64,000 nt of DNA, taken from Desulfurococcales archaeon. Its GTDB lineage: Archaea; Thermoproteota; Thermoprotei_A; Sulfolobales; Desulfurococcaceae. The notes beneath the pieces were generated by a model. It saw nothing but the letters and a program-made list of their open reading frames with translations, had not been told where the DNA came from and did no database searches. The translations under genes were made by a program, and so were the position numbers. The DNA lies in assembly GCA_027022365.1 (NCBI GenBank), contig JALVYU010000007.1, positions 125,007 through 189,006 on the forward strand. The letters are read 5' to 3'. The stretch's first letter is position 1. The number at the start of each line of letters is the position of its first letter. This document shows positions 41,307 through 51,220 of this stretch, piece after piece.

Positions 41307-42886
41307 TGAGCAAGAAGTCCGGCATAGAAAAAGTATCAAAAAGGCTCGGGCTTACCGCTCTCAAGGAAGGATTCAAGGAGGTATGGAGGTACGGTACAGG
41401 TAAAATTGGGATCGTGATGCTCGTCGTACTAGTATCAATCGCCATCTCAGCAATAATAGTCCTACCTCCCAACTTTCCCGCCTTATGGAATAACATCAAG
41501 GCCTGGCAGGAAAACCCCAAGCTAGTACCCCCTGCCTGGGTGGCCTACCTTGGCGTTCCCGCGGTACAGCAGTTCGAGCAAACCATTCCCGGCTCCCAAT
41601 ACGCAGTAAACATGACGACGACACAATACTATACAGTGCCCGTGCTGTACTATACGTTGAACTATAATTTGAACAAGAAAGTATTCCCAACGGGATTACT
41701 GTTTGAGATACAGAAGATCAAGTTGCTGGATAGATATAGAGCGTACAATATTACGAGCGGCGAAAGATACAAGGTACCAACAATAATTATTACCATAACG
41801 CGTCCCGACGGTATAAAAATGGTGCTCTACGATGGAACACCATCGATACTCTACGAGAAGAACATAACGGGAGAAGCGTATATCTATGTAGATCAGCCGC
41901 TTTACATATCACCAACAAATGTGATCAATGCCGATGAGGTACAGAAGGCATTCCAGAATATTTATAACGTCACAGTAAATCTTGCAGCGGGAATGGGCAA
42001 TGTGTATAAACTATCAAACGTAGTATTCGGCAAACCAGTTGCTACAACGGGGGCCGCCAGTAACGTCACATTTGTGCCGCTCGAAGGAACATATACTGTA
42101 TCAATATACTTTGTGACACTGCCGAACTTCCCCGTTGCATTGGCGACACCGCCTGCGGGCAGCATCAAGGTGGTCATAAAGGGATCAGTGTATGGTGTCA
42201 TGGGTACAGACACGTATGGTAGAGACTTAGCACTAGGACTTTACTTCGGATTCCCGGTAGCACTATCAATAGGTCTTGTAGTAGCATTCCTCGACACTGT
42301 GATCGGTGTGATCGTTGGTGCTATCAGTGGCTACTATGGTGGCCTAGTTGACGAGTTCATACAAAGGACCGTTGACGTAATGGGTAACATACCATTACTA
42401 CCTATACTAATAATCATCGGTGAGATCGCTAGACAGCTCTACCCGAACAATCCCGTGCTCGTAATCTGGATAATACTGTTGACAATAGTTATATTCTCGT
42501 GGGGAGGACTAACGATCGTAATCAGGTCAATGACATTATCAATTAAAGGAGAACAATACGTTGAGGCCGCTAAATGTCTTGGTGCGAGCAACAAACGCAT
42601 CATATTCCTACATATTATCCCGCAGGTAATACCCTATGCTGTGGCAAGCATGGTGTTCTCGGTGCCAGCAGCAATACTGACAGTTGCTGGACTCGCTGTG
42701 CTAGGCATAATTAAGAACATGCCCTCATGGGGTACAATACTTGCGGATGCAAGGGCGAACGCTGCGATCACTGACTGGTGGTGGATAATACCGCCAGGTA
42801 TACTCATAGCTATAACAAGTCTAACATTCGTACTAATAGGAATGGCCCTAGAGAGAATAGTTGAGCCAAGGCTGAGAACAAGGTGA
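41306..42886 (+). CDS. oppC: oligopeptide ABC permease with large extracellular insert
   Basis: GTDTYGRD, YVEAAKCLGAS, HIIP, WWWIIPPG. Confidence 0.92.
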   Translation: MSKKSGIEKVSKRLGLTALKEGFKEVWRYGTGKIGIVMLVVLVSIAISAIIVLPPNFPALWNNIKAWQENPKLVPPAWVAYLGVPAVQQFEQTIPGSQYAVNMTTTQYYTVPVLYYTLNYNLNKKVFPTGLLFEIQKIKLLDRYRAYNITSGERYKVPTIIITITRPDGIKMVLYDGTPSILYEKNITGEAYIYVDQPLYISPTNVINADEVQKAFQNIYNVTVNLAAGMGNVYKLSNVVFGKPVATTGAASNVTFVPLEGTYTVSIYFVTLPNFPVALATPPAGSIKVVIKGSVYGVMGTDTYGRDLALGLYFGFPVALSIGLVVAFLDTVIGVIVGAISGYYGGLVDEFIQRTVDVMGNIPLLPILIIIGEIARQLYPNNPVLVIWIILLTIVIFSWGGLTIVIRSMTLSIKGEQYVEAAKCLGASNKRIIFLHIIPQVIPYAVASMVFSVPAAILTVAGLAVLGIIKNMPSWGTILADARANAAITDWWWIIPPGILIAITSLTFVLIGMALERIVEPRLRTR

Positions 42887-42983
42887 AGATAAACATCTTT
42901 ATTTTAGCCTTATAATTAAACATAGAAGCGATTTTTTACTATCACAATAATATCCTAAGACTTGAATCAGGGGTGAAGCTGTT

Positions 42984-44042
42984 TTGCGTCCGGAGACAAG
43001 CGTAGGTATAATTGGCTGGGGATCATATATTCCCCGTTGGCGCTTACCATTATCAGAGATCGCAAAACTATGGGGGTTCGCCCCAGAAACACCACGGGGC
43101 CTGAACGTAGTTGAAAAGGCTGTGGCAGGGAGAGACGAAGACGCTGTAACCATGGGCTGGGAAGCCGCTCGTAACGCCCTTCTAAGAGCAGGTATAGATC
43201 CGAAGGAGATAGAGGCCGTATGGTTCGGAACAGAATCTAAGCCATACGCAGTAAAGCCTTCAGCCACAATCATTGCCGAAGCCCTAGGAATAACACCAGA
43301 TACAATGGCTACAGACCTCGAATTCGCCTGTAGAGCGGGGAGCGAGGCATTGAGAATAAGCATAGGAGCCGTCGCATCCGGCCTAGTTAAATATGCTCTC
43401 GTTATCGGTAGCGATACAGCCCAAGCCAATCCAGGCGATATACTCGAGTTCACAGCCTCGTCAGCGGCTACAGCGCTTATAACAGGTCCTGCGAGAGAAG
43501 CAGCGGCGGTTTTCGAGGCAAGCCACACCTATGTCACCGATACCCCGGACTTCTGGCGCAGGGCGCATCAGCCCTACCCGTTGCACGGTGAGGGATTTAC
43601 TGGCGAACCAGCATACTTTCACCATATAGTAAACGCCGTTAAAGGCCTTCTAGAACAAACAGGGCTCGAACCCAATGATTTTGACTATGTAGTCTTCCAC
43701 CAGCCAAACGGTAAATTCCCGTTAGCCGTGGCAAAGAGGCTGGGATTCCCCAAGGAGAAGGTGCTGCCAGGCCTAGTCGCACCATACATTGGTAATAGTT
43801 ACAACTCATCGGCACTGATAGGCCTATCGAGGATCCTAGACATAGCTAAGCCTGGACAGAGAATATTGTTAGCACCATTCGGAAGCGGAGCAGGCAGTGA
43901 TGCATACAGCATTGTAGTAACTGATAAAATCCTTGAGAAACAGGATAAGGCGCCGAAAGTCGATGATTACATCAATAGAAAATATCTGATCGATTATGCT
44001 ACCTATGCTAAATTCAGAGGAATAATCACACGTATAAGGTGA
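42984..44042 (+). CDS. hydroxymethylglutaryl-CoA synthase
   Basis: [25 protein letters not shown] (catalytic Cys), [19 protein letters not shown]. Confidence 0.95.
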   Translation: MRPETSVGIIGWGSYIPRWRLPLSEIAKLWGFAPETPRGLNVVEKAVAGRDEDAVTMGWEAARNALLRAGIDPKEIEAVWFGTESKPYAVKPSATIIAEALGITPDTMATDLEFACRAGSEALRISIGAVASGLVKYALVIGSDTAQANPGDILEFTASSAATALITGPAREAAAVFEASHTYVTDTPDFWRRAHQPYPLHGEGFTGEPAYFHHIVNAVKGLLEQTGLEPNDFDYVVFHQPNGKFPLAVAKRLGFPKEKVLPGLVAPYIGNSYNSSALIGLSRILDIAKPGQRILLAPFGSGAGSDAYSIVVTDKILEKQDKAPKVDDYINRKYLIDYATYAKFRGIITRIR

Positions 44043-44048
44043 AAGACC

Positions 44049-44477
44049 ATGAGGTTCTCAATCCCAAGGTACTGGAGGGAAAGACACAGCCACTACAGAC
44101 TATACGCGAAGAAATGCCCTAAGTGCGGCCGAGTAAACTATCCACCATCAAACATCTGCAGATACTGCGGCTCAACAGAGCTCGAAGACTACTATCTCGA
44201 CAGCGAGAAAGCCAAGATAATCTCCTGGACAATAATCTACCCAGCACCGGAGGGCTTCGAAGAGCAGAGACCACGGATCATAGCTCTACTAGAAACCCTA
44301 GAGACAAAAACCCACATAATAGCGCCACTAGCAGATATACTTCCGGAGGAGGTAAAGGAAGGACTAATAGTGGAGCCTGTCCTTAGAAGGATAAAAGAAG
44401 ATAGAGAAGCCGGACTAATACACTATGCAATAGCTTATAGGCCGGTGATAGGGTCAATTGGGACAAATAAGCAATGA
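44049..44477 (+). CDS. DUF35 Zn-ribbon/OB-fold scaffold protein
   Basis: CPKCG...YPP...CRYCG, OB fold, G.I.Y. Confidence 0.9.
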   Translation: MRFSIPRYWRERHSHYRLYAKKCPKCGRVNYPPSNICRYCGSTELEDYYLDSEKAKIISWTIIYPAPEGFEEQRPRIIALLETLETKTHIIAPLADILPEEVKEGLIVEPVLRRIKEDREAGLIHYAIAYRPVIGSIGTNKQ

Positions 44478-45537
44478 AGATATCAAGAAAATATTCGAGG
44501 AAATAGGAGAATCCGATGAGACATTAAGAGAACTGGAGAAGAAACTCGACAATGAAAACCTGGCCGCACTGGTAAGGAGAAAGTTTTTTGAGAAAAAACT
44601 CGGCATATCACTTTCAGCGACAGGCTCTTCTATACTGGATTTCGTCGATACAGAGGGAAGAATATCTTACAGGCCTATCGGTGCGATACAAATACCAGTA
44701 ACAATAATCGGTCCCGTTGATGTTGAAGGAGAGGAGGTACGGGGCCCGAAATACATCCCATTATCATCAATATATCCTGCACTCATGGAAACAATGGATC
44801 TAGGGGTATCCATTAGCCGTAACACGAAAATAGTTGTAAAAACCGAGAATTGCTGGATACGCATATTCAACATAGGTAGGCAAGAGAAATGCTTGCAGAT
44901 AGAATCAGTGATCAAGACTGAGAACAAAAAGCTTCACATTCTCTGCTATGGAAGAGAGTCAGGGGGACTTGTAGAATCAATACTGATCGGCGAAGCTGCT
45001 CCCTGTAAAACAATTAAGTCAATGATCACTAATGGAGAGGTTGAGAAGCTGGTAAAAATAATTGGGCCGACAAAGATCCCTATACTTGCCCCATACATCA
45101 CGCTGGACTATAGGCTATCGGTCTTCATCCCGAGACTTACTCTCTCATCCATGGGTATAGGGCAATCAGAAATAGTGAAAACATATAATGCTCTAGAAAA
45201 TATGAAGGGAATAGACAATTCAATAATACCGATAACCCTTGGCGTCCTAACATCCTTTTACCTATCGATAGGGATCAAGCCTGAATACGCTCTGAGAAGC
45301 GAGATCAGGAGATACTACCTTATAAGCGGTTTCCGCGGATTAAGACTTGGCCTGGATATACGCATAGCCCTACCTTACGCTGTATCGGAATCTGAGCAAA
45401 CAATAATGAATAGAGAGTTATACAGCATCATAGACGGTGGAAGAATAAATCCTTTAATAGTAGGAGAACTAGCATCTTCTCTAGCGCTTATATCCTATAT
45501 CGGAGAACTAGCTATGATCGCCAGAGGCGCTCCTTAG
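44458..45537 (+). CDS. HMG-CoA reductase-like protein, catalytic motifs degenerate
   Basis: N-terminus AALVRR..E, IGAIQIPV..IGP..V.GE and C-terminal GEL match archaeal class I HMGR; TTEG, DAMGMN and GTVGGG motifs absent. Confidence 0.7.
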   Translation: MGQISNEDIKKIFEEIGESDETLRELEKKLDNENLAALVRRKFFEKKLGISLSATGSSILDFVDTEGRISYRPIGAIQIPVTIIGPVDVEGEEVRGPKYIPLSSIYPALMETMDLGVSISRNTKIVVKTENCWIRIFNIGRQEKCLQIESVIKTENKKLHILCYGRESGGLVESILIGEAAPCKTIKSMITNGEVEKLVKIIGPTKIPILAPYITLDYRLSVFIPRLTLSSMGIGQSEIVKTYNALENMKGIDNSIIPITLGVLTSFYLSIGIKPEYALRSEIRRYYLISGFRGLRLGLDIRIALPYAVSESEQTIMNRELYSIIDGGRINPLIVGELASSLALISYIGELAMIARGAP

Positions 45538-47073
45538 CAACGATACCAACTGTTCATACTCACCAGCCGCAATCTTATCACATAGTTTATCGATAACTAT
45601 TTTTGACCATGGAAGCTCTTCGCCCGGCTCATAACCATTGAATACGTAATTAATACTATAGTTTGTCATTTTCAGCGCCTTCCTCCATCCAGACAGGCCG
45701 CCACCAAACTTGGCGGCCTGTAGTAAGGTCTCAGAAATGTCTCTTCCCGCCAATGCAATTGCAGCTTGCATCACAGCCCATCTCACATCATAGTCTCTGA
45801 AATCAACATGTCTTCGCAACCTATTTTTCAGTGATTTTATTAAACGCTTGAGCCTAACGGGGTCGGGCATACCTATCCACTGAAACAGCGTCCTTGGCTT
45901 AGGGATGAGAGGATTTACACTAACAACTATCTTTCTACCCTTCCTCTTCGCCCTACTACTTATTTTTTCTATATATTTTATTTCATCAAGATCTATATTT
46001 TCGAGTCCTCTAACACCTACTATCATGTATATCTTTAGGTCGAATCCTTTATCAAGTATTAATTCTAGATCATCAAGCAATTCTTTTCCATAGTATTTCC
46101 CGAAAACATATTTCTTGGCGGGAAGAAATGATTCTGGAGCAATTGTGATGGTTTTCTGGCCAAGCCTACTTATTAATTCTAGAGAATCTTCATCAAGATG
46201 ATCGATCCTCATACTTGGAAGCACAGCACCAATATTGTTTTCCACCAAATACTCCAATAATTCCTTCTCGTAATGATTGCCTAGGAAACATAATGAGTAA
46301 ATAACTATTCTATTTACATTATTCATGCGTATACCATGCTCAACAAGATTTTTCATAACATGAAAACTCCGCACACGATACGGCTTGAATAATCTGCCCT
46401 CCATGCAGAACCTACACCAGTATTTGCAGCCCCTGCTTGTTTCGAGGAGGAAGCCACGGCCATAGACAGGCTCGATCTCTGTATTCTGGATTTGTTTAAC
46501 TGGATAGAATGACTTATCTAGATCACTGACAAAGGATTTTCTGGCGTTCTCCTTAATATCCGGAACATAGACGTCATTATATGAAGCTATCTTCTCTAGG
46601 TATTCCTTCTTATCCCTAATTTCAACCCAATCCTTGACGAGACGCGGGATAGTGTTCTCGATTTCTCCAATTATGAATGCGTCAATGAAATCAGAGTAAG
46701 GTATAGGATTGGATATCACTACCGGGCCGCCAGCAATTATAACTTGTTTTCTCTTTTTTCTATATGGTTCTATACCTGCAGATAGGAGAGCTCTAAGAAC
46801 ATCTATTATTGAGAGCTCGTAGTGGAGGCTCACGATGATCAGTTCGAAGCTCCTAAGAGGGGCTCCTGTCTCTATACTTCTAGGAGGGGGTTCTTCTCCT
46901 TGGAACTTCTTTATGTGGAAGCGTTCCAAGTATACATCATCTATATTGTTTACCATATAGTATATCATATGGGTTGGGAGACTAGATAACATAGCCTCAT
47001 ATGTGGACGGAAATAAATAGGCGATTCTGGCCATACCAGCCCTAAATTTTTTAAGTACAAGATTGAATTCCAT
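45508..47073 (-). CDS. radical SAM protein with B12-binding-like N-terminal domain
   Basis: AGGP...NP.P, ETSRGCKYWCRFC, APES, P.IPKPRT. Confidence 0.88.
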   Translation of the reverse strand: MEFNLVLKKFRAGMARIAYLFPSTYEAMLSSLPTHMIYYMVNNIDDVYLERFHIKKFQGEEPPPRSIETGAPLRSFELIIVSLHYELSIIDVLRALLSAGIEPYRKKRKQVIIAGGPVVISNPIPYSDFIDAFIIGEIENTIPRLVKDWVEIRDKKEYLEKIASYNDVYVPDIKENARKSFVSDLDKSFYPVKQIQNTEIEPVYGRGFLLETSRGCKYWCRFCMEGRLFKPYRVRSFHVMKNLVEHGIRMNNVNRIVIYSLCFLGNHYEKELLEYLVENNIGAVLPSMRIDHLDEDSLELISRLGQKTITIAPESFLPAKKYVFGKYYGKELLDDLELILDKGFDLKIYMIVGVRGLENIDLDEIKYIEKISSRAKRKGRKIVVSVNPLIPKPRTLFQWIGMPDPVRLKRLIKSLKNRLRRHVDFRDYDVRWAVMQAAIALAGRDISETLLQAAKFGGGLSGWRKALKMTNYSINYVFNGYEPGEELPWSKIVIDKLCDKIAAGEYEQLVSLLRSASGDHS

Positions 47074-47144
47074 TCAAGCCTCCCCTATGTACGATAAGTT
47101 TATGAATTGCATGGTCTTGGATATATTATAATCGGTGGAAGGCT

Positions 47145-48359
47145 TTGGATCATTATGAGAAGTTCTATAGCCGCGTGGCAAAATCCATACAAGCCTCGGA
47201 GATCAGGGAGCTCCTTGCAATCATTAAGCAGAGACAAGACGTTATCAGCCTCGCTGGAGGCGTACCTGATCCTAGAACCTTCCCTATTGATTATCTCGCA
47301 AAAATAACCTATGATATAATTAAGAATAAAGGTGCTTATGCTCTCCAGTATAGTGAGACTAAAGGCATATTGGAAGTCCGCGAGATGCTGTCGGAGTTTC
47401 TCTATAAGGCAAGAGGAATAGTTGTTGATGCAGAAAACGTTATAATAACTACTGGTAGCCAGCAGGGACTCGACCTTATCGCGAGGGCTCTGATAGATCC
47501 GGGTGATGTTGTGATCACTGAGAATCCTTCATATCTTGCGGCATTGGGTGCTTTTAAGATTAGAGGTGCAGAACTAGTAGGCATTAAGATCGATAAGAAT
47601 GGTATGAGGACTGATATTCTCGAGGATACTGTTAAGAAGCTGGTTAAAGAAGGTAAGAAGATAAAGTTTATCTACACCATTCCAGTAGCTCAGAACCCAG
47701 CTGGAACCACGATGCCTCCTGAGAGAAAGAAGCATCTAATAGAGATCGCCAACAAGTATGATATTCTCGTCGTCGAGGATGATCCTTATAGTTACTTTGT
47801 CTTCGATGACACGGTGGACGTAAGGCCGGTTAAAACATGGGACACAGAGGATAGAGTCATCTACATGAGCACTATAAGCAAGATACTAGCGCCGGGACTC
47901 AGGATAGGCTGGATAGCCGCGCCGAAAATGCTCACCCGCAAATTAGAGCTAGTAAAACAGTATATGGACCTCCACACCCCGACGCTTAATCAGTATATAG
48001 TTGCAGAGGCTATCCGCTCGGGATTCATACTGGAGCATGCAAACAAGATAGCCCCTATATATAAGGAAAAAAGAGACGCCATGCTCAAGGCAATAAAAGA
48101 CTACTTCCCCGAGAACGTATGGTACACTGAGCCTGTCGGAGGCTTCTTCGTATTCGTATATGTCAACAAGCCCGGCTTCGACACTAAAAAACTGATGAAA
48201 GTTGCCCTAGACAAGTATAAGGTGGCATATGTCCCTGGCAAGAGCTTCCACACCGATGGCTCAGGAGCAAATAGTATGAGACTAAGCTTTAGCTTCCCGC
48301 CACCAGAGGTCATCGTAGAGGGTATTAGAAGACTCGCAGAGATGATTAAGAACGAGTAA
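47145..48359 (+). CDS. PLP-dependent class I aminotransferase
   Basis: ISLAGG.P, GSQQGLD, QNPAG, EDDPY, SKILAPGLRIGW. Confidence 0.93.
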   Translation: MDHYEKFYSRVAKSIQASEIRELLAIIKQRQDVISLAGGVPDPRTFPIDYLAKITYDIIKNKGAYALQYSETKGILEVREMLSEFLYKARGIVVDAENVIITTGSQQGLDLIARALIDPGDVVITENPSYLAALGAFKIRGAELVGIKIDKNGMRTDILEDTVKKLVKEGKKIKFIYTIPVAQNPAGTTMPPERKKHLIEIANKYDILVVEDDPYSYFVFDDTVDVRPVKTWDTEDRVIYMSTISKILAPGLRIGWIAAPKMLTRKLELVKQYMDLHTPTLNQYIVAEAIRSGFILEHANKIAPIYKEKRDAMLKAIKDYFPENVWYTEPVGGFFVFVYVNKPGFDTKKLMKVALDKYKVAYVPGKSFHTDGSGANSMRLSFSFPPPEVIVEGIRRLAEMIKNE

Positions 48360-49224
48360 ATGATATGATAACGCCGGGCTTAGGCGGGGGCACTAATCCG
48401 AATACATCAACAATATTGTTTAGCTCTACAAAGCCTAGTAGCCTCCTAATTTTTTCGACAACTTCTCTCTTATACTCGATCCTAGAAGGCATAGGCATAA
48501 TGACCTCTACTCTCCTAATAGAGTGCATCAACATAATAGAAACCCTATTAATTAAAGGAGAAACGACAAGCTTCGAAATGCCCCGCCTTAGCAAGCTTCT
48601 AAGCATCCAGGGGGCATTTGAGGTATATACAACTGATGAATATTCTTCTTTCAAGTATTCAAGTGATTGGATCGGGACAAGACCAACAGATCTAGCGTAC
48701 CTCAAAGACTCTCTCCTAACACATATAATCTCAGGACTGCCACCATCCGAAAGAACATGTAGAGCGGTCATTAGACCTGAAACGCCGCAACCGACAATCA
48801 ACGGATTAGGCCCGGCCTCCAATGCTAGTCTATATGATAGTGAAGCGATACATGATAGTGCTGATAATGGTCTAGGCACAGTATTCGTTACACCTATAAT
48901 GTGCTCTTCGGGAACGACGACATATGTGGATAAAAGTCCATCGAGATCAACAGACAATAAGCCTTTGTATGATACTGGCGAGACGAATGCTACCTTACCG
49001 CTAAGTCCTTCGTTGGCAGATGGTGCCTCCAGAACCCTTATAACACCTGTTGAGCCTAGAGCAACTGGTTTATCGATAGGATATATACCGTTGATAACTG
49101 CGTTTTCAATACCATCAATAAATACATGGAGGGGTTTACCTATGATGTATCCCCTAGGAACAATTTGCGCTGGCAACTCCAAAGTTCTAACTACTCCATC
49201 ATATACTATCTTCACTACCCTCAA
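48346..49224 (-). CDS. degenerate MDR (Zn-alcohol dehydrogenase-like) protein
   Basis: GroES-like N-terminus with LGST in place of GHE, Rossmann IVGCGVSG; no Zn ligands. Confidence 0.6.
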   Translation of the reverse strand: MRVVKIVYDGVVRTLELPAQIVPRGYIIGKPLHVFIDGIENAVINGIYPIDKPVALGSTGVIRVLEAPSANEGLSGKVAFVSPVSYKGLLSVDLDGLLSTYVVVPEEHIIGVTNTVPRPLSALSCIASLSYRLALEAGPNPLIVGCGVSGLMTALHVLSDGGSPEIICVRRESLRYARSVGLVPIQSLEYLKEEYSSVVYTSNAPWMLRSLLRRGISKLVVSPLINRVSIMLMHSIRRVEVIMPMPSRIEYKREVVEKIRRLLGFVELNNIVDVFGLVPPPKPGVIISFTRS

Positions 49225-49281
49225 AATACCAGCCACCCAGAATACTATTAGGGTGGCAAGAAAATTAAGTAGGTTGTACTG

Positions 49282-49641
49282 GTGATTACATTGGATGACG
49301 AGTACGGAATAGTTCATTGGATCAGCAAGGATGCCAGATACAGGATAATCGAGCTACTCCTAACAACACGAAGCGTTAGACAATTGGCGAATGAGCTCGG
49401 TGTATCAGCAACAGCCGTGAAAAAATATTTAGAGCGGAAAACCCATCCAAGCGATACAACGATGATAAAACTGCTAACAATACTAGCTCCGTACGAGCAG
49501 GACAAGGTATATGAGCTTATAATAAACGATTTATTTGACGCCCTTACAAGACTAATAGAGCTGATAGGAGACAATGAACGCCTCCTCAACATAGTCAGGG
49601 AAAAATTAAAGGAGGTTGAACTATTCGTTGAGCGAAGATAA
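49282..49641 (+). CDS. HTH transcriptional regulator
   Basis: SVRQLANELGVSATAVKKYL...THPSD. Confidence 0.85.
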   Translation: MITLDDEYGIVHWISKDARYRIIELLLTTRSVRQLANELGVSATAVKKYLERKTHPSDTTMIKLLTILAPYEQDKVYELIINDLFDALTRLIELIGDNERLLNIVREKLKEVELFVERR

Positions 49642-50008
49642 ACCATTTTTCGCTACTGGTGAGATAATTCAAGACTACTCATTGCTCAAAAAATACTGGG
49701 AACTGCTCAAGAAGAAAGGAAAAGACGTAGAACCTGCTCTTCTATCCAGAGAGGACTTTGATTATATCAAAAAATTAATTAGACGAAGAAGGATCAGGCT
49801 AGACGAGATCTACGATATCATCGTAAATTACTTTATTGATAGGATTGATCCCGAGACAGCGCTCAATGCATATAAGGAGACATATGGTGTAGAAATAGAC
49901 CCCGAGACAGCTAGGCGGAAAATAGCTGAGATAATGGCTGGGTGGCTTATTGAGGCCTCAAGTTATCTCGGTAATATCAAGATAAACATTCCGTGGAAGA
50001 ATAAGTAG
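49616..50008 (+). CDS. hypothetical protein
   Basis: 130-aa ORF overlapping the HTH gene end; typical composition. Confidence 0.7.
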   Translation: MNYSLSEDKPFFATGEIIQDYSLLKKYWELLKKKGKDVEPALLSREDFDYIKKLIRRRRIRLDEIYDIIVNYFIDRIDPETALNAYKETYGVEIDPETARRKIAEIMAGWLIEASSYLGNIKINIPWKNK

Positions 50009-50192
50009 GGGACGCCGATTCGTATCGAGGATATCGAGTGGATCGTCCATGACAATGTCGCACCAATCACTAAAATCATCGCAAATAACTAATCTTTTCT
50101 CGCAAATATTTAGAAGATCCCTTAATTGTCTACATGGTTCCATAAAATCAAGTTTCTCCAAAACTATGACCACATTTATGCAGGGATGACTC

Positions 50193-50465
50193 ATGATTTC
50201 ACTCCAGGATATCATAGATATTACTGCAAGCATAATAAAAGAATTGAGATATAGGTACGGGGAAACATATGTTGAGAAGTTTAAGGATAGAAAAACAAAG
50301 GTAGAAATCTATATGGTCATAAATAAACGTAGAGCTAAAATTATTGTGGATAAATATAGTGAAAAAGTAAGAGTTTATACTGGCCTTAAAGGTCAGGAGA
50401 TAGCGATCAGGCGAATATTTACGAGAGAAATAGAAAAACAGAAGAGGCTGAAAAGATTTGCCTGA
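50193..50465 (+). CDS. small basic hypothetical protein
   Basis: 90-aa ORF coupled to downstream DUF2192 gene. Confidence 0.65.
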   Translation: MISLQDIIDITASIIKELRYRYGETYVEKFKDRKTKVEIYMVINKRRAKIIVDKYSEKVRVYTGLKGQEIAIRRIFTREIEKQKRLKRFA

Positions 50466-51213
50466 CCGAAACCCCTATAGGAAAAGGATCCAGATCATCG
50501 TAGACCTGCTCGGCGAGATAGTCCGGCATGGAAACGTCACTACAAGGGAAGAACTACGAGAACTCGTCAAACAGACGTATGAGAAGTATGGGATAGTCCC
50601 GATTAAAGGTAAAGCTTCTCCTCCGGATCTCTACGATAAAGAGATTGCTAGCCTGTATGTTATAGCGAAGTATGGACTAGCTCTCGATGATGAGTATCCA
50701 TCCTTATTCAGCAACTTGTTCTATACAGAAGAGAAATACGAGGAAGCCATAAAGAAAATCTTGGAAGACAAATACGAGGAGGCACGGAAACTCCTCCTAG
50801 AAGCGTCTTCTCAAGATCAAATAGATAGCAATACTGTTGCTCGCATGCTGAGAGTAGCGTTCACAAAGCTTCTCTTCGGCTTCATGACAGAGGAAGAGTT
50901 CGCGGAGATACTACGAAAAACAGCCGAAGCAATACCTGAAGAAGAAAGAACTGTTCGGAACTTCGTAAGATTCTATATAGCCTTCAAGGTCGCCGAGATG
51001 ATATCCAAAGGAGAGATAAGGAATAAAGGATTCAAAGAAGCATCTAAGAAAGCGATAGGTTTGCGTCTGGGATTCCCACGTATAGCGCCACGCGACGACT
51101 ACATAGAGGCTATAGCTAAGGAGGTATTCATGGTTCCTGACAAAATATTGGAGAAGATCCTTGTAGTCAATCGTGGAGAAAAGAATGATAAGAACAAAGG
51201 GAACAGCTCCTAA
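50458..51213 (+). CDS. DUF2192 domain protein
   Basis: P.KG...PDLYDKEIASLYVIAKYGL motif. Confidence 0.8.
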   Translation: MPDRNPYRKRIQIIVDLLGEIVRHGNVTTREELRELVKQTYEKYGIVPIKGKASPPDLYDKEIASLYVIAKYGLALDDEYPSLFSNLFYTEEKYEEAIKKILEDKYEEARKLLLEASSQDQIDSNTVARMLRVAFTKLLFGFMTEEEFAEILRKTAEAIPEEERTVRNFVRFYIAFKVAEMISKGEIRNKGFKEASKKAIGLRLGFPRIAPRDDYIEAIAKEVFMVPDKILEKILVVNRGEKNDKNKGNSS

Positions 51214-51220
51214 AAACAGA

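Noticed and set aside
48365-49285. 306-aa plus-strand ORF
   Set aside because: Antisense shadow of the MDR-like gene.
49958-50233. Minus-strand 91-aa ORF and a hairpin at ~50010-50048
   Set aside because: ORF overlaps both neighbours; hairpin is imperfect with no clear boxes.
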